Origin: a virus
Taxonomy: Duplodnaviria; Caudoviricetes
Reading direction: 5' to 3' (one strand)
Length of the DNA stretch: 64,000 nucleotides
IMG/VR virus record: IMGVR_UViG_3300022660_000043
Shown here: in pieces, positions 17,868-27,773 of the stretch
Layout: the number at the start of each line of letters is the position of its first letter
Position numbering within the stretch: the first letter of the stretch is position 1
Notes under the pieces: generated by a model
Database searches by the model: none
What the model saw: the letters and a program-made list of their open reading frames with translations, nothing else
What the model was told of the DNA's origin: nothing
Position numbers and translations under genes: made by a program

Positions 17868-17933
17868 ATTCTACCTCCTAACATAAGTATACATTATATA
17901 ATACAACTTAAAACAACTTAATCTTAATATATC

Positions 17934-17943
17934 TGCTAAATTA
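17934..17943 (+). promoter_or_regulatory. putative late promoter TGCTAAATTA
   Basis: Recurrent motif. Confidence 0.7.
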
Positions 17944-17984
17944 TTCAGACACTCTAAATACTAAAAAACACGGAGGTAAAACTC

Positions 17985-18542
17985 ATGACAGAGACTACAC
18001 CAAACACTCAAGATGTTGTCAATGCTACAGAAATGGTAGCAGAGAAAGCAGTAGAGCAGGTATCTAGTCAAATGCCCACTATGACCGTTGCTGAGTGTCA
18101 AGTGGAGACCCAGAAACATATTGAGGCTGTAAGAAAGTATATAAGATTTATGATTGATAAAATAGATCTTAGAGGAGTAAAGCATGATGCCTCAAAGCTT
18201 GAGACACCAGAGGTAGAGCTTTTTGCAGAATATACACCTAAGTTAGCTGGTTTAACTTATGGCTCAGAAGAATATAAAGCTTCTCTTGAAGCTTTGAAGC
18301 CAGCTCTTGATCATCATTATGCTACCAACCGCCATCATCCAGAGCATTTTAATAATGGAATTAATGATATGACGCTTGTCGATCTTATGGAGATGTTTTG
18401 TGATTGGAAAGCTAGCACACTCAGACATAACGATGGTAACTTATTAAAGAGTATCGAGATTAATGCTGAGCGCTTTAATATGGACGGACAATTAAAACAG
18501 ATTTTGATGAATACCGCTAGAATGCTAGATGAGCAAGAATAA
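17985..18542 (+). CDS. DUF5662-like HD-superfamily (putative phosphohydrolase) protein
   Basis: H...HDASKL...HHYATNRHHPEH...EMFCDW. Confidence 0.75.
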   Translation: MTETTPNTQDVVNATEMVAEKAVEQVSSQMPTMTVAECQVETQKHIEAVRKYIRFMIDKIDLRGVKHDASKLETPEVELFAEYTPKLAGLTYGSEEYKASLEALKPALDHHYATNRHHPEHFNNGINDMTLVDLMEMFCDWKASTLRHNDGNLLKSIEINAERFNMDGQLKQILMNTARMLDEQE

Positions 18543-18547
18543 GGATT

Positions 18548-18573
18548 GGCAACTTCGGTTGCCTTTCTTTTTC
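18548..18573 (+). terminator. intrinsic terminator (UUCG loop)
   Basis: GGCAAC-TTCG-GTTGCC-TTTCTTTTT. Confidence 0.8.
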
Positions 18574-18610
18574 ACAAAAATAAATTTAATAAATCTATTT
18601 TAAGAATATT

Positions 18611-18620
18611 TGCTAAATTA
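18611..18620 (+). promoter_or_regulatory. putative late promoter of the tail operon
   Basis: TGCTAAATTA. Confidence 0.7.
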
Positions 18621-18664
18621 TTTGAGGTTACAGTGAATGTAATCGAGAAAGGACTATCAACAAA

Positions 18665-18832
18665 ATGGGTAGAAAAAAAGTCGATAGAAGTGATAAGGTA
18701 ATGCAAACTTTTGAGACTACTAGACCTCTGAAGGTTAGACTTGAAGAGCTTGCGGCAAAAAAGGGTATTACAGTATCAGCCTTAATTCGAGAAATATTAG
18801 AAAAGCATTTTGAAGACAGAATTGAAATTTGA
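18665..18832 (+). CDS. ribbon-helix-helix (CopG/Arc-like) DNA-binding protein (55 aa, not in ORF track)
   Basis: GAAAGG SD; MGRKKVDRSDKVMQTFETTRPLKVRLEELAAKKGITVSALIREILEKHF. Confidence 0.8.
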   Translation: MGRKKVDRSDKVMQTFETTRPLKVRLEELAAKKGITVSALIREILEKHFEDRIEI

Positions 18833-18846
18833 AAGGAAAATTTATT

Positions 18847-19614
18847 ATGGCAGAAAGACAGACTAATTACACAATTGGCGAGTGTGCAGAGCTTCCGTCT
18901 AAAGGGCTTATTTATGGAGCAGGAATGCCTTCTCAGGTAGAGCTTCGTTCTATGACCGCAAGAGATGAGATGAAGAGACTTGCTCCTAGTAAGTCTCAGT
19001 TTAAAACTCTTGCTGATATTATTGAGGGCTGTATGATTGAGAAGTATCCAGTGAAAGTGTATGATATGGCATTAGGCGATTATGAGTATCTTTTGCACAG
19101 ACTTCGTATTGTAACTTATGGTGATGAGTATAAGATGACTTTACGTTGCCCCTACTGTGGAGAATATATTGATGCTGTTGCACATCTTGAACAACTGAAT
19201 ATTAAGGAATTTGATATGCAAGAATTTGAAGCTGCAAGATCTTTAATTCTTCCAAGAGGTGGTCAGACGGTGACGATTAACTATCAGACACCTAGAATGC
19301 TAGATGAGAATGATATTAAAGTAAAAGATATGAAACGTAGGTTTAAAGATGCAGATGTAGACTTTAATACTCTTACTACACTAACTAGTGCTATTGACAC
19401 TGTAGATGGAATGCACTTAGATTCTGTACAGCTAGAGAACTTTGTTAATCGTCTATCTGCACTTGATATGGCTAAGATTCTAAATGCTATTGAAACTCTC
19501 AACGCTGGAATTGGCATAGATAACTCTCTGGTTGTCGATTGCGAGAAATGCGGAGGAGAGGTACCCACCTCCTTTCGCTTTGGACCAGAGTTTTTTAGAC
19601 CCACGACTATCTGA
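18847..19614 (+). CDS. T4 gp26-like baseplate hub/tail assembly chaperone
   Basis: ELPSKG..Y, MTARDE, LRIVTYG, two CxxC ribbons, ending FFRP; lies upstream of the tape measure. Confidence 0.75.
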   Translation: MAERQTNYTIGECAELPSKGLIYGAGMPSQVELRSMTARDEMKRLAPSKSQFKTLADIIEGCMIEKYPVKVYDMALGDYEYLLHRLRIVTYGDEYKMTLRCPYCGEYIDAVAHLEQLNIKEFDMQEFEAARSLILPRGGQTVTINYQTPRMLDENDIKVKDMKRRFKDADVDFNTLTTLTSAIDTVDGMHLDSVQLENFVNRLSALDMAKILNAIETLNAGIGIDNSLVVDCEKCGGEVPTSFRFGPEFFRPTTI

Positions 19615-19816
19615 GGACGGAACTCCTTACGGACCGAAGAGATATAAAGATATTGTAAAGGAGTGCTGGTATGTTAGTGATAACACTAATACCAGCTATA
19701 CTGATGTTTTAGATATTAGTTATCTAGAACGAATGTACTTAATAAGATTAATTGGTGAAAAACGAGAAGCCACTCAAAATGCAATTAATGATCTAAAGTC
19801 TAAGAGTGGTAAATAA
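19532..19816 (+). CDS. chaperone extension ORF, probably expressed by frameshift from the upstream gene
   Basis: No SD-linked start; overlaps the upstream gene end across GAG TTT TTT AGA. Confidence 0.55.
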   Translation: MSIARNAEERYPPPFALDQSFLDPRLSEDGTPYGPKRYKDIVKECWYVSDNTNTSYTDVLDISYLERMYLIRLIGEKREATQNAINDLKSKSGK

Positions 19817-19848
19817 ACTCAAATAAATTTTTGGGGAGGAGTGTTCTA

Positions 19849-22800
19849 ATGGCAGAACAAAATCCAGGCTCTGGAAGAGGAAATAAAGGAGTCTCTACTT
19901 TAAATTTAAATGCCCTCACTGCAGATTCAGTACAGCTAGACTATCTTGCTAAAGAGCAGCAAGCAGCGGGGGAACTGCTTGCTATTCAAACAAAGAATGC
20001 ACAGCAGCTCTCAAAGATCAGATTAGACTTGCTTAATAAGCTAATGCAAGAAACCCAAGATCGTGGTAGAGAAGTAGAAAGTGATCTTGCAGACTTTAAG
20101 CATAATAAGGCACTCGAGAATCTAGCTGCAGAAATTAAAGAAGTTAGGCAGAATTATCAAAAGTTATATACTGAACAACTAAAAATACAGCAGCAGAATT
20201 TAACAGCTATTAGGCAAGCAGAAACTCAGCTGGCAAACTTTAGACTCGAGTCTCTTAAAATAGAGGGAGCTCAAAGACTTCGAGACATAGCCGCTGCGGA
20301 AAAAGCTACAATTGACGCTTTAAAGCGTAGAGGTGAGCTAGATCCTGCCATTCAACTGGACATGTCCGCTTTAGAGCAGGCGGATGCTGAGATATCCGAA
20401 ACACTTGTTCAAATGGATAAGTCTTTGCAAGAAATGCAGACGGCTAGATCTGAAGAGCTAGCCGCAGCAGCGAGTCGGTTTGAGGAGATAGTAGGCTTAG
20501 CTGAGGATACTGCAGAAACAATAAGTACTGGGCTTGCTCGTAGTGCTGCCGATTTCACAGCAGAAATGTCTGCTCCTCCACCAGCTAAGCCAGGTACATC
20601 ACCCGTCGTAGATGAACCAGGCGATTTATCACCGGAAGATCTATCAGCTGAAGCTTCTGAGACGCCGACTACTCCAGTAGTTCCAGATACTCCTTCTACT
20701 ACACTTACTGAGGCAGAAGAAGCGCGTAAAGTTATCTTAGATAGTCTTAATGAGGAACAACTTCAGAGACTTGAGGCTCACAAACTTCGTATGAAACACC
20801 TTTCTGATGAGCATTTACAAAGAATGCTTTATGAGAAGGATGCTAGAGGCAAGTATGCTATAGGTGCAGAAGAACGAATAGCAATGGAAGAAGAGCTTAC
20901 TGAGCGTAAGAAAACGTTAGAAGCTCAAGCTTTATTAGAAGTTTTTGCAGAGCAAGAAGAACAGCAAGAAGCTGCATCCAAGCGTTTACAAAAGCAGCTT
21001 CTAGAAGAGAAAAAGCTTAAGATAAAGAATGAAATGGATTACCTATCTAAGGTACGGACTAAACGTGGTAAGGATGGGGAGCAAAAGTATTCTGATAGCT
21101 TAGTTAAGCAAATGTACTCTACTCAGGCTACAGTTAAAACTGTAGATACAATGGGTAATGAAGTTGAGGTAACCAAGTCTAAGGCAGATTTAACTCAGCA
21201 AGAATTAAGCGAAGTTCAGAAGCAGGAAATAGAAGCTTTTGATGCAACAAACTCTGATGAGAATCTCCAAGCACAAGCAGAGGCTCAGGCAAGAGAGCAA
21301 GCAGCTGCTAGCGGAGACCTAATGTCAGAGGATGAGATGGCAGCCATTACTGCCGACTTCTTTAAACAGCTACAAGAAAACCGTGACCAAGAGCGTGACG
21401 GTATGCTTGAACGTCAAGGTCTTGAGCAAAGTCTTCTAACAGATAAAGAAAAAGCTGAGAAGAAGATGGCAAAAGAGAATAGTAAGTTCTCTAAGAGTAA
21501 ACTCGGTCAAGCACTTGAGAATACTAAAAAACAAGCTCAAATATTTACAGATCCAAAAGCAATAGCTGATGGGCTTGCTGCTGAGGGTAAGACTTCAAAA
21601 GAAATACAAGCAGAAATGCAGGCACAACTTGACGCTACTATGGGTGCTCTGGGGGATTTCATCTCCAACCTTAACGCAGCAGGTCAGAAGTCTGCCACAA
21701 AGAAAGCAGCAGTTGATACTGCAATGCAGGGTGCAGGAGCAGATAAGACTGCCCTAGGTTCTTATTGGGACAAAATCAGTGATAAGATTGCCCTAGGTAT
21801 TGGAATGTCTCCATTAGTTCGTCAAGATGCTATGGAAGATAATGTGGAAGCACTTGCTAAACAAGGTGTTGTATATAACTTAGAGCAACGTGCTTTCTTA
21901 ATGACTATTAAGGATAAGATTGCTGCTACCTTTGATGTTGCTGATGGTACAATGCGCAAACTTATTCGTATCCAGCAGGCCGATACTACTGCAGCCCGCT
22001 TAGGCATGGAGTCAGCCTTAACAGCTTTCTTAAATAGTATGTATGATACCTCAGAATTCATGAAAGAGGTAGCTATTAACATAAGAGAAAGCTTGTATGA
22101 AGCAACTGCATTAATGGAAGCAGAACAAGCTGCTGAGTATGAATTCCAAGTTCAAAAGTGGACTGGTGCTTTATATTCTATGGGCTTTAGTAGTAGTGCA
22201 AAAGTAGCAGAAACTTTAGGTAAGATCACAGCTGGTGATATTAGCGGAGTTACTGAAGGTGGCATGGGCAACCTTCTTATCATGGCTGCTAATGAAGCTA
22301 GCTTGCCGATTGCAGAGATTCTTGCCGAGGGATTAACTCCAGATGAGACTAATAAATTAATGAAGTCTATGGTGGAGTATTTAGGTAGAATTTATGACGA
22401 AACAAAAGGTAGTAATGTTCTAGCTCAGCAATATGCTAATGTATTCGGTGTAACTGCATCAGACCTTAGGGCAGCAGCTAATCTTTTAAATACAGGCTTT
22501 GATAAGTTGTCTGGTGAGCTAGTAACTTATTCAGATATGGAAGCTCGACTTAAAAGCATGTCTAATAGCATGTGGCTAAGATCTAGTCAGTCTGAGCTAA
22601 TGACCAACCTGAAGGATAACTTAAATTATACTTTCGCTACCACAATTGCAAATAACCCGGTTCTTTCTGGCTTAAATAACATGGCTAACATGCTTAATGA
22701 CCTTGTAGGTGGTATTGAGATCCCGTTTATTAACGTTTATGGCTTTGGTTTTGATCTTAATGCTACTATTGCGGACTTAATGAATGTTGCTGCACTATCC

Positions 22801-23238
22801 GGTACTGTTCTTGGTGGTATGGGCAAACTTATCGGAAGTTTAGCAAACGGAGGCGGTTTCTCAGGTTCTGGAATGTTGAATGCCTTTGGCATAGATCTTA
22901 ATGGCAGTGCTGCTGCTATAGAGCACAGAGGTCAGGGTCTATCTTTGACTAGTATTGGCGGTGCTACTACTTCTGCTTCCGGTATGGTTGGTAACGAGAG
23001 CGGCGACGATATTAAGAATAAGACAATTCAAGACAACTCTGAAGAACCAGAAAAGCAAATTGCAGAAGCAAAAGAAGAACAGGAAGATAAAGAAAATGCC
23101 CGCACTATGTTAATTGATGGGCATATTGTAGATATTTATAATCTATTAAATGAAGTTACTCTTGGCTCCAAGAAATGGCATGTACAACTTGAGGTTGGTA
23201 ATGCTCCTAGCACTTGGGCATCTGGTACTTGGACGTAA
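19849..23238 (+). CDS. tape measure protein
   Basis: About 1130 aa, helical, A/Q/E-rich with G-rich hydrophobic C-terminus; between chaperone and baseplate genes. Confidence 0.75.
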   Translation: MAEQNPGSGRGNKGVSTLNLNALTADSVQLDYLAKEQQAAGELLAIQTKNAQQLSKIRLDLLNKLMQETQDRGREVESDLADFKHNKALENLAAEIKEVRQNYQKLYTEQLKIQQQNLTAIRQAETQLANFRLESLKIEGAQRLRDIAAAEKATIDALKRRGELDPAIQLDMSALEQADAEISETLVQMDKSLQEMQTARSEELAAAASRFEEIVGLAEDTAETISTGLARSAADFTAEMSAPPPAKPGTSPVVDEPGDLSPEDLSAEASETPTTPVVPDTPSTTLTEAEEARKVILDSLNEEQLQRLEAHKLRMKHLSDEHLQRMLYEKDARGKYAIGAEERIAMEEELTERKKTLEAQALLEVFAEQEEQQEAASKRLQKQLLEEKKLKIKNEMDYLSKVRTKRGKDGEQKYSDSLVKQMYSTQATVKTVDTMGNEVEVTKSKADLTQQELSEVQKQEIEAFDATNSDENLQAQAEAQAREQAAASGDLMSEDEMAAITADFFKQLQENRDQERDGMLERQGLEQSLLTDKEKAEKKMAKENSKFSKSKLGQALENTKKQAQIFTDPKAIADGLAAEGKTSKEIQAEMQAQLDATMGALGDFISNLNAAGQKSATKKAAVDTAMQGAGADKTALGSYWDKISDKIALGIGMSPLVRQDAMEDNVEALAKQGVVYNLEQRAFLMTIKDKIAATFDVADGTMRKLIRIQQADTTAARLGMESALTAFLNSMYDTSEFMKEVAINIRESLYEATALMEAEQAAEYEFQVQKWTGALYSMGFSSSAKVAETLGKITAGDISGVTEGGMGNLLIMAANEASLPIAEILAEGLTPDETNKLMKSMVEYLGRIYDETKGSNVLAQQYANVFGVTASDLRAAANLLNTGFDKLSGELVTYSDMEARLKSMSNSMWLRSSQSELMTNLKDNLNYTFATTIANNPVLSGLNNMANMLNDLVGGIEIPFINVYGFGFDLNATIADLMNVAALSGTVLGGMGKLIGSLANGGGFSGSGMLNAFGIDLNGSAAAIEHRGQGLSLTSIGGATTSASGMVGNESGDDIKNKTIQDNSEEPEKQIAEAKEEQEDKENARTMLIDGHIVDIYNLLNEVTLGSKKWHVQLEVGNAPSTWASGTWT

Positions 23239-23250
23239 GGAGGAATACAG

Positions 23251-24999
23251 ATGATTCAATTTGGTTCTACTGGAATAGTTGCAGGATATATTAAACAATT
23301 ACTTGCTTCTTTTCAGCTGCCTAAAACACAAATATATACTGCTGAACACGAGCAGTATTTTGACAAGCATGGCAAGGAGTCTCCATATTTATTGGAGACT
23401 ACCTTCCCAGGGCAGACTGTTAAATCAGGTTCTGAACAGCTATTATCTAATAATGGGCATTTGCTCAATAGACACTGCTATGTGCCCTATTTAAAAGATG
23501 GTAGAGTTCAATTCTTATTGGGTGGATATTATCTAGATAATAATAAATATGTACAAGGTACTTGGCAGTCTGCACCTCTGGATATTAACAATGTCCGAGG
23601 TGGTCCTTGGCAGACTTATAGCCGAGGAGATAAGATTCCTAATTTAACGCGTACACTTGAGTTAAAGAATAATATTTATGATAGCTATACTCATGAATAT
23701 CTAGGAGATTATCTTAGATTTATAAGAGATTATGATGGCATAAATTTAATGTCCATGTATAATTGTTTCAGCAACCGTAGACCTTATAGATTAAAATATA
23801 AGGATGATTTTATTAGTCTAGATACCTCAGATTCAAATTATAAAATTTATGTATTGCCTGTTAAATTGTTTCAGGAATATACCATAGCTATTGACTCTGC
23901 TTACCCTGTAGAGCTCTGCTGTGGTATAAATACAAAACTTAATAATTTTACTGGAATAGATGCTAAAAATGATGAGTTAATAGAACAAAAGCTTTCTAAG
24001 CTTACTTACCACAAGTATGCATCTATGAGATTTAATGATCCAGTATTATATACTAAGCTAAAAGATTTAGCTGTCACTCCTATGGGTACAGTTGTAACAG
24101 CTGCTGAGCAGGAGGTGCACGAGGAGAGACGTAAGCTATTAGCTCAGCTAGGAAATCAGACTCACGAGCTAAAACTTTACATAAAGCTTCATAAGAATGC
24201 TGAGACCTCTATTGTAGTACTGGAGGGAAATTATTTAGGTTGGAATGATGCAGCTGTCATGCAAACACAGACAGGTTCTAAGACTAAGTTAGTAGTGGCA
24301 GCAAACCATACTACCTTAACTAGTTCTGCGATTTTTGCAGACTTCGAACCTACCTACATTAGCCCAGTATCATTACTTAGATTAAATACTCATTCGCATA
24401 CTCCATTTGCACCGAGACTTTTGGAATATCTTTTAGATCAGTGTGTTACTGGTGGGGCTAATGAAGTTAGAGAGAATGTACTTATGGCTCAGCATTTAGC
24501 TGGACTTAGATATACAGGTAATGTTAACTCTTATTATGCACTCTGCCCACCTAGAGTTATGAAGGGACAGAAGACACCTGCAGATCCTACTGAGTATTGG
24601 ATTTTTAACGGAAAGATGACTGATATACCTGTGGGTACAGATCGACTGCCTAAGTATAAACCTGTTAAGCTTGAAGATAATTCTATAGCTTGGAAGATAT
24701 ATAGTACAGATCCAGTTACTAAGGTAGAGATTGAGAGCGAGCCGGAGCTGCCTATAAAAGTAAAGATAACACCAGATAGCTTAAAATATGATTTATTAAA
24801 TGGTGTGTGGACACCTGCATTAAGAAAATTATTTTATGGCTATATGAGCAATCGACCAGATTTTGCGAGCTATGCAGATATTTTAGGTTACGTAGATAAG
24901 GATGTAGAAAAATCATTTGTTGCAACAACGTATAATGGTGATAAACCTATAAGTAAGTCAATGATAGATTTTAATGTGTGGGAGGATATTAAAGAATGA
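23251..24999 (+). CDS. putative baseplate/tail-associated protein
   Basis: 582-aa ORF inside the tail operon; no recognised motif. Confidence 0.55.
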   Translation: MIQFGSTGIVAGYIKQLLASFQLPKTQIYTAEHEQYFDKHGKESPYLLETTFPGQTVKSGSEQLLSNNGHLLNRHCYVPYLKDGRVQFLLGGYYLDNNKYVQGTWQSAPLDINNVRGGPWQTYSRGDKIPNLTRTLELKNNIYDSYTHEYLGDYLRFIRDYDGINLMSMYNCFSNRRPYRLKYKDDFISLDTSDSNYKIYVLPVKLFQEYTIAIDSAYPVELCCGINTKLNNFTGIDAKNDELIEQKLSKLTYHKYASMRFNDPVLYTKLKDLAVTPMGTVVTAAEQEVHEERRKLLAQLGNQTHELKLYIKLHKNAETSIVVLEGNYLGWNDAAVMQTQTGSKTKLVVAANHTTLTSSAIFADFEPTYISPVSLLRLNTHSHTPFAPRLLEYLLDQCVTGGANEVRENVLMAQHLAGLRYTGNVNSYYALCPPRVMKGQKTPADPTEYWIFNGKMTDIPVGTDRLPKYKPVKLEDNSIAWKIYSTDPVTKVEIESEPELPIKVKITPDSLKYDLLNGVWTPALRKLFYGYMSNRPDFASYADILGYVDKDVEKSFVATTYNGDKPISKSMIDFNVWEDIKE

Positions 25000-25610
25000 G
25001 TACAACAGCTTATTGGCCGGAAAATTATATTTATATTTCTCATTTAGGTAAAGAGGGTTATTATTGGTGGATACCATGCTGCCCAAAATCTATGACTGAC
25101 TCTATGTCGTCTGAGTTTGTGCCTACGACAGCCCTTGGGCGTACCGCACCGGTATATACATATAGTAGTTCAGGCCCGAGAACTTTGCAGCTGGACATTG
25201 AATTACACAGAGACATGATGGATTTTGCAAATGCTGGTAATACCTCAATGAAAGACTTTTTAAAAGGAGCGACAGATTATCCTGATGTTTCTACTAGTGA
25301 AGATTATGTTGACAGCTTGATTAGAGCTTTACAGGCTATATCTGTACCGAAGTACACACTTACTAATAAAGCTATTGAGCCACCACTAGTTGCAGTACGT
25401 CTTAGTAATGAGGTTTTTATCAAAGGAATTGTAACGGGTAATATAGGTATTGAGTATGAGATGCCTATTATTAAGGGAGGCAAATACGCGCAGGTTAGAC
25501 TTTCTATAACTATAACTGAGGTAGATCCTTACGATGCAGACCTAGTATTTTCTAATGGATCTTTTAGGGGCTTAGTTCAAACTTTACGTCCTAAGATGGG
25601 TTATAAATAA
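24996..25610 (+). CDS. tail tube initiator/baseplate protein (gp48/gp54-like)
   Basis: LGRTAPVYTYSSSGPR...PP..., tube-like fold pattern; synteny. Confidence 0.65.
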   Translation: MSTTAYWPENYIYISHLGKEGYYWWIPCCPKSMTDSMSSEFVPTTALGRTAPVYTYSSSGPRTLQLDIELHRDMMDFANAGNTSMKDFLKGATDYPDVSTSEDYVDSLIRALQAISVPKYTLTNKAIEPPLVAVRLSNEVFIKGIVTGNIGIEYEMPIIKGGKYAQVRLSITITEVDPYDADLVFSNGSFRGLVQTLRPKMGYK

Positions 25611-25622
25611 GGAGAATAGCAT

Positions 25623-25943
25623 ATGGATAAGCTAACAAATAAACAGAATTTAGTTTTTGATTATCAATCTAGATACGCTGGCGTGCCTTTTTATTATGAT
25701 ACTAAGCTTAAACGAGAGACACCAGGTTTAACAAACCAGATAAATTTTGATAACGATTACTTTATACATAAAGTAAAAGCAGAAGATACTTTAGATAGCT
25801 TAGCTTTGGACTATTATAACAATCCAACTTTCTGGTGGCTAATTGCTTATTTTAATAAGATCAATGATCCATTTATAGATCTTGTCACTAAATATCAAAC
25901 TTTAAAAATTCCAAGTATTACAGAAAACACTTTTGAGGTATAA
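25623..25943 (+). CDS. LysM-like baseplate wedge protein (gp53/gpX-like)
   Basis: HKVKAEDTLDSLALDYYNNPTFWWLIAYFN...LKIP. Confidence 0.8.
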   Translation: MDKLTNKQNLVFDYQSRYAGVPFYYDTKLKRETPGLTNQINFDNDYFIHKVKAEDTLDSLALDYYNNPTFWWLIAYFNKINDPFIDLVTKYQTLKIPSITENTFEV

Positions 25944-25945
25944 GT

Positions 25946-27241
25946 ATGGCTTTTGTACCAAAACAGCGTCGTAGCCTAATTCATGGGCAAGCGAGAATAC
26001 AGGCACCTTGGGTTAAAGTTACTATTGGTAAATATACCTTTGGCGTCTTTAATCGAAAAGACATTAAGAAAAATAGGCAGGGTAACTACGAAAGCTTTAA
26101 TGTTCAGTATCCCGACTATATACAAAGTTTAAATATCATAAAAATTAATGGTCAGGTAAATCAGTATACTCTTACATTAAGCTATCCAGTACGTTCTTGC
26201 GATGACCCCAATTTAATTGAAAAAATTTTAAGTAGTGTTACTCGTACTCGAGAAATTATTTTTAGCTATGGAGATGCTTGTAATCCAGCTTATGTTTATA
26301 AAGACGAGAAAGCTTTAATTACAAAAGTAGACCAATCTTTTCAGCTTGAATCTAGTGTTATTAATTATACTATTCATGCGGTTTCAGGTGCTGCTTTAGC
26401 TGGTGCGGGAGTATTTAACTTTATAAATAATGCTGGAGTTAAGAAGAAACCCAGCGATGAAATTAAAAGAGTATTTAACGACAGTACTTATGGATTAAAA
26501 AAAATATTTACTGGAATGACAAAAGATAAGCTGGACCAATTAATTGATAGCACCGATGCTGCAGTTGAGCTGGACAGTAAGACAAATACGTCGGCTCTTG
26601 ATTATATTGTTTATTTAGTTAGTTGCATGGTACCACAAGGTGCAACGCAATCAACGTTCAGTAAAGATATTTATATCATGACTATTCATGATGAAACAAT
26701 TTTTGATACTGCCTTTAGTAATTCTTTTAACGCAAATACCGCTTATGGTGGTCCATATTTTAAGGTTACACGAGTATCTACCAGTACTATGTTTAGGGCA
26801 GATGCTTATGAAATAGATGTTGGTATAAATACTTCTACTATTGTGCTAAGTTTTTCTCTAGAAAATAATGAAAATTATTCCATGTTATATGAGTATACCG
26901 CTGATCTTCAGACAGAGCAGTATGCAATGCGTATAGATGATCGAGGTAACTGGGAACAAAAATACACACCAATGATTGCCTCGGGCAATAACAGATACTT
27001 GTCGAGAGCAGAGGATAAAGTTTGGTTTACTAAACTTACTAAGTATCCAATTTCTGCAACAATAAAGATTCAAGGTTTATTAAGACCAGCATCTCTGCTT
27101 CAATATGTTAGACTTAATGTTATTTTCCCTGGAGGAAATAAGCATATAAGCTCAGGACTTTATATTGTGACTAAGCAAATAGACGATATATCTGGTAGTG
27201 GCTATTTTACTACATTAAATCTAACGCGTATTTCAGATTAA
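25946..27241 (+). CDS. baseplate hub protein (gp27/gpD-like)
   Basis: C-terminal SGLYIVTKQ.D...GYFTTLNLTR; synteny. Confidence 0.7.
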   Translation: MAFVPKQRRSLIHGQARIQAPWVKVTIGKYTFGVFNRKDIKKNRQGNYESFNVQYPDYIQSLNIIKINGQVNQYTLTLSYPVRSCDDPNLIEKILSSVTRTREIIFSYGDACNPAYVYKDEKALITKVDQSFQLESSVINYTIHAVSGAALAGAGVFNFINNAGVKKKPSDEIKRVFNDSTYGLKKIFTGMTKDKLDQLIDSTDAAVELDSKTNTSALDYIVYLVSCMVPQGATQSTFSKDIYIMTIHDETIFDTAFSNSFNANTAYGGPYFKVTRVSTSTMFRADAYEIDVGINTSTIVLSFSLENNENYSMLYEYTADLQTEQYAMRIDDRGNWEQKYTPMIASGNNRYLSRAEDKVWFTKLTKYPISATIKIQGLLRPASLLQYVRLNVIFPGGNKHISSGLYIVTKQIDDISGSGYFTTLNLTRISD

Positions 27242-27250
27242 GGAGATTTT

Positions 27251-27676
27251 ATGATTACCCTAGGTGTTATTGAAGAAATTGATATTTATAATAACATGTG
27301 CAAAGTTAAATTACCTACCTTAGAAGGAGCGGGTAATATGACTGAAGTGAGTCTACATGCAACACAGCTTCTCCCACCAGGCATAGATGCTGGCTATGAG
27401 AAAGGAGATGTTGTATTTGTAGGTTTTGTAGATAATACTCTTGGTAGGCCAGTAGTTCTAGGGCAGTTATATCGAGGACCTAATAAAGGGCATAAGGTGG
27501 ATGGCATGAATATTGACACCAGTCTAGGTAGAGCTGCAACTATGGCTTGTGCTAACTTAGATGTAAGTGAGGATGCAAAGGTTAATGGTGTATCGGTCGT
27601 AGGATTAATTAGTCAAGTTGCGGCACTAGAGGCCAGGGTAAAAGAGTTGGAGACAAAGCTAAAAGCTTTAAGATAA
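27251..27676 (+). CDS. central spike protein (gp5/gpV OB-fold)
   Basis: GVIEE...CKVKLP...GDVVFVGF...RPVVLG. Confidence 0.75.
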   Translation: MITLGVIEEIDIYNNMCKVKLPTLEGAGNMTEVSLHATQLLPPGIDAGYEKGDVVFVGFVDNTLGRPVVLGQLYRGPNKGHKVDGMNIDTSLGRAATMACANLDVSEDAKVNGVSVVGLISQVAALEARVKELETKLKALR

Positions 27677-27741
27677 GCAGGATTCAAGTTTACTTTCTAA
27701 GGTTTACAATTACATAAATTTATTAAAAATATCAAATAATG

Positions 27742-27751
27742 TGCTAAATTA
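27742..27751 (+). promoter_or_regulatory. putative late promoter
   Basis: TGCTAAATTA. Confidence 0.7.
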
Positions 27752-27773
27752 TACGATTGAGAGGTTTTTGCGT

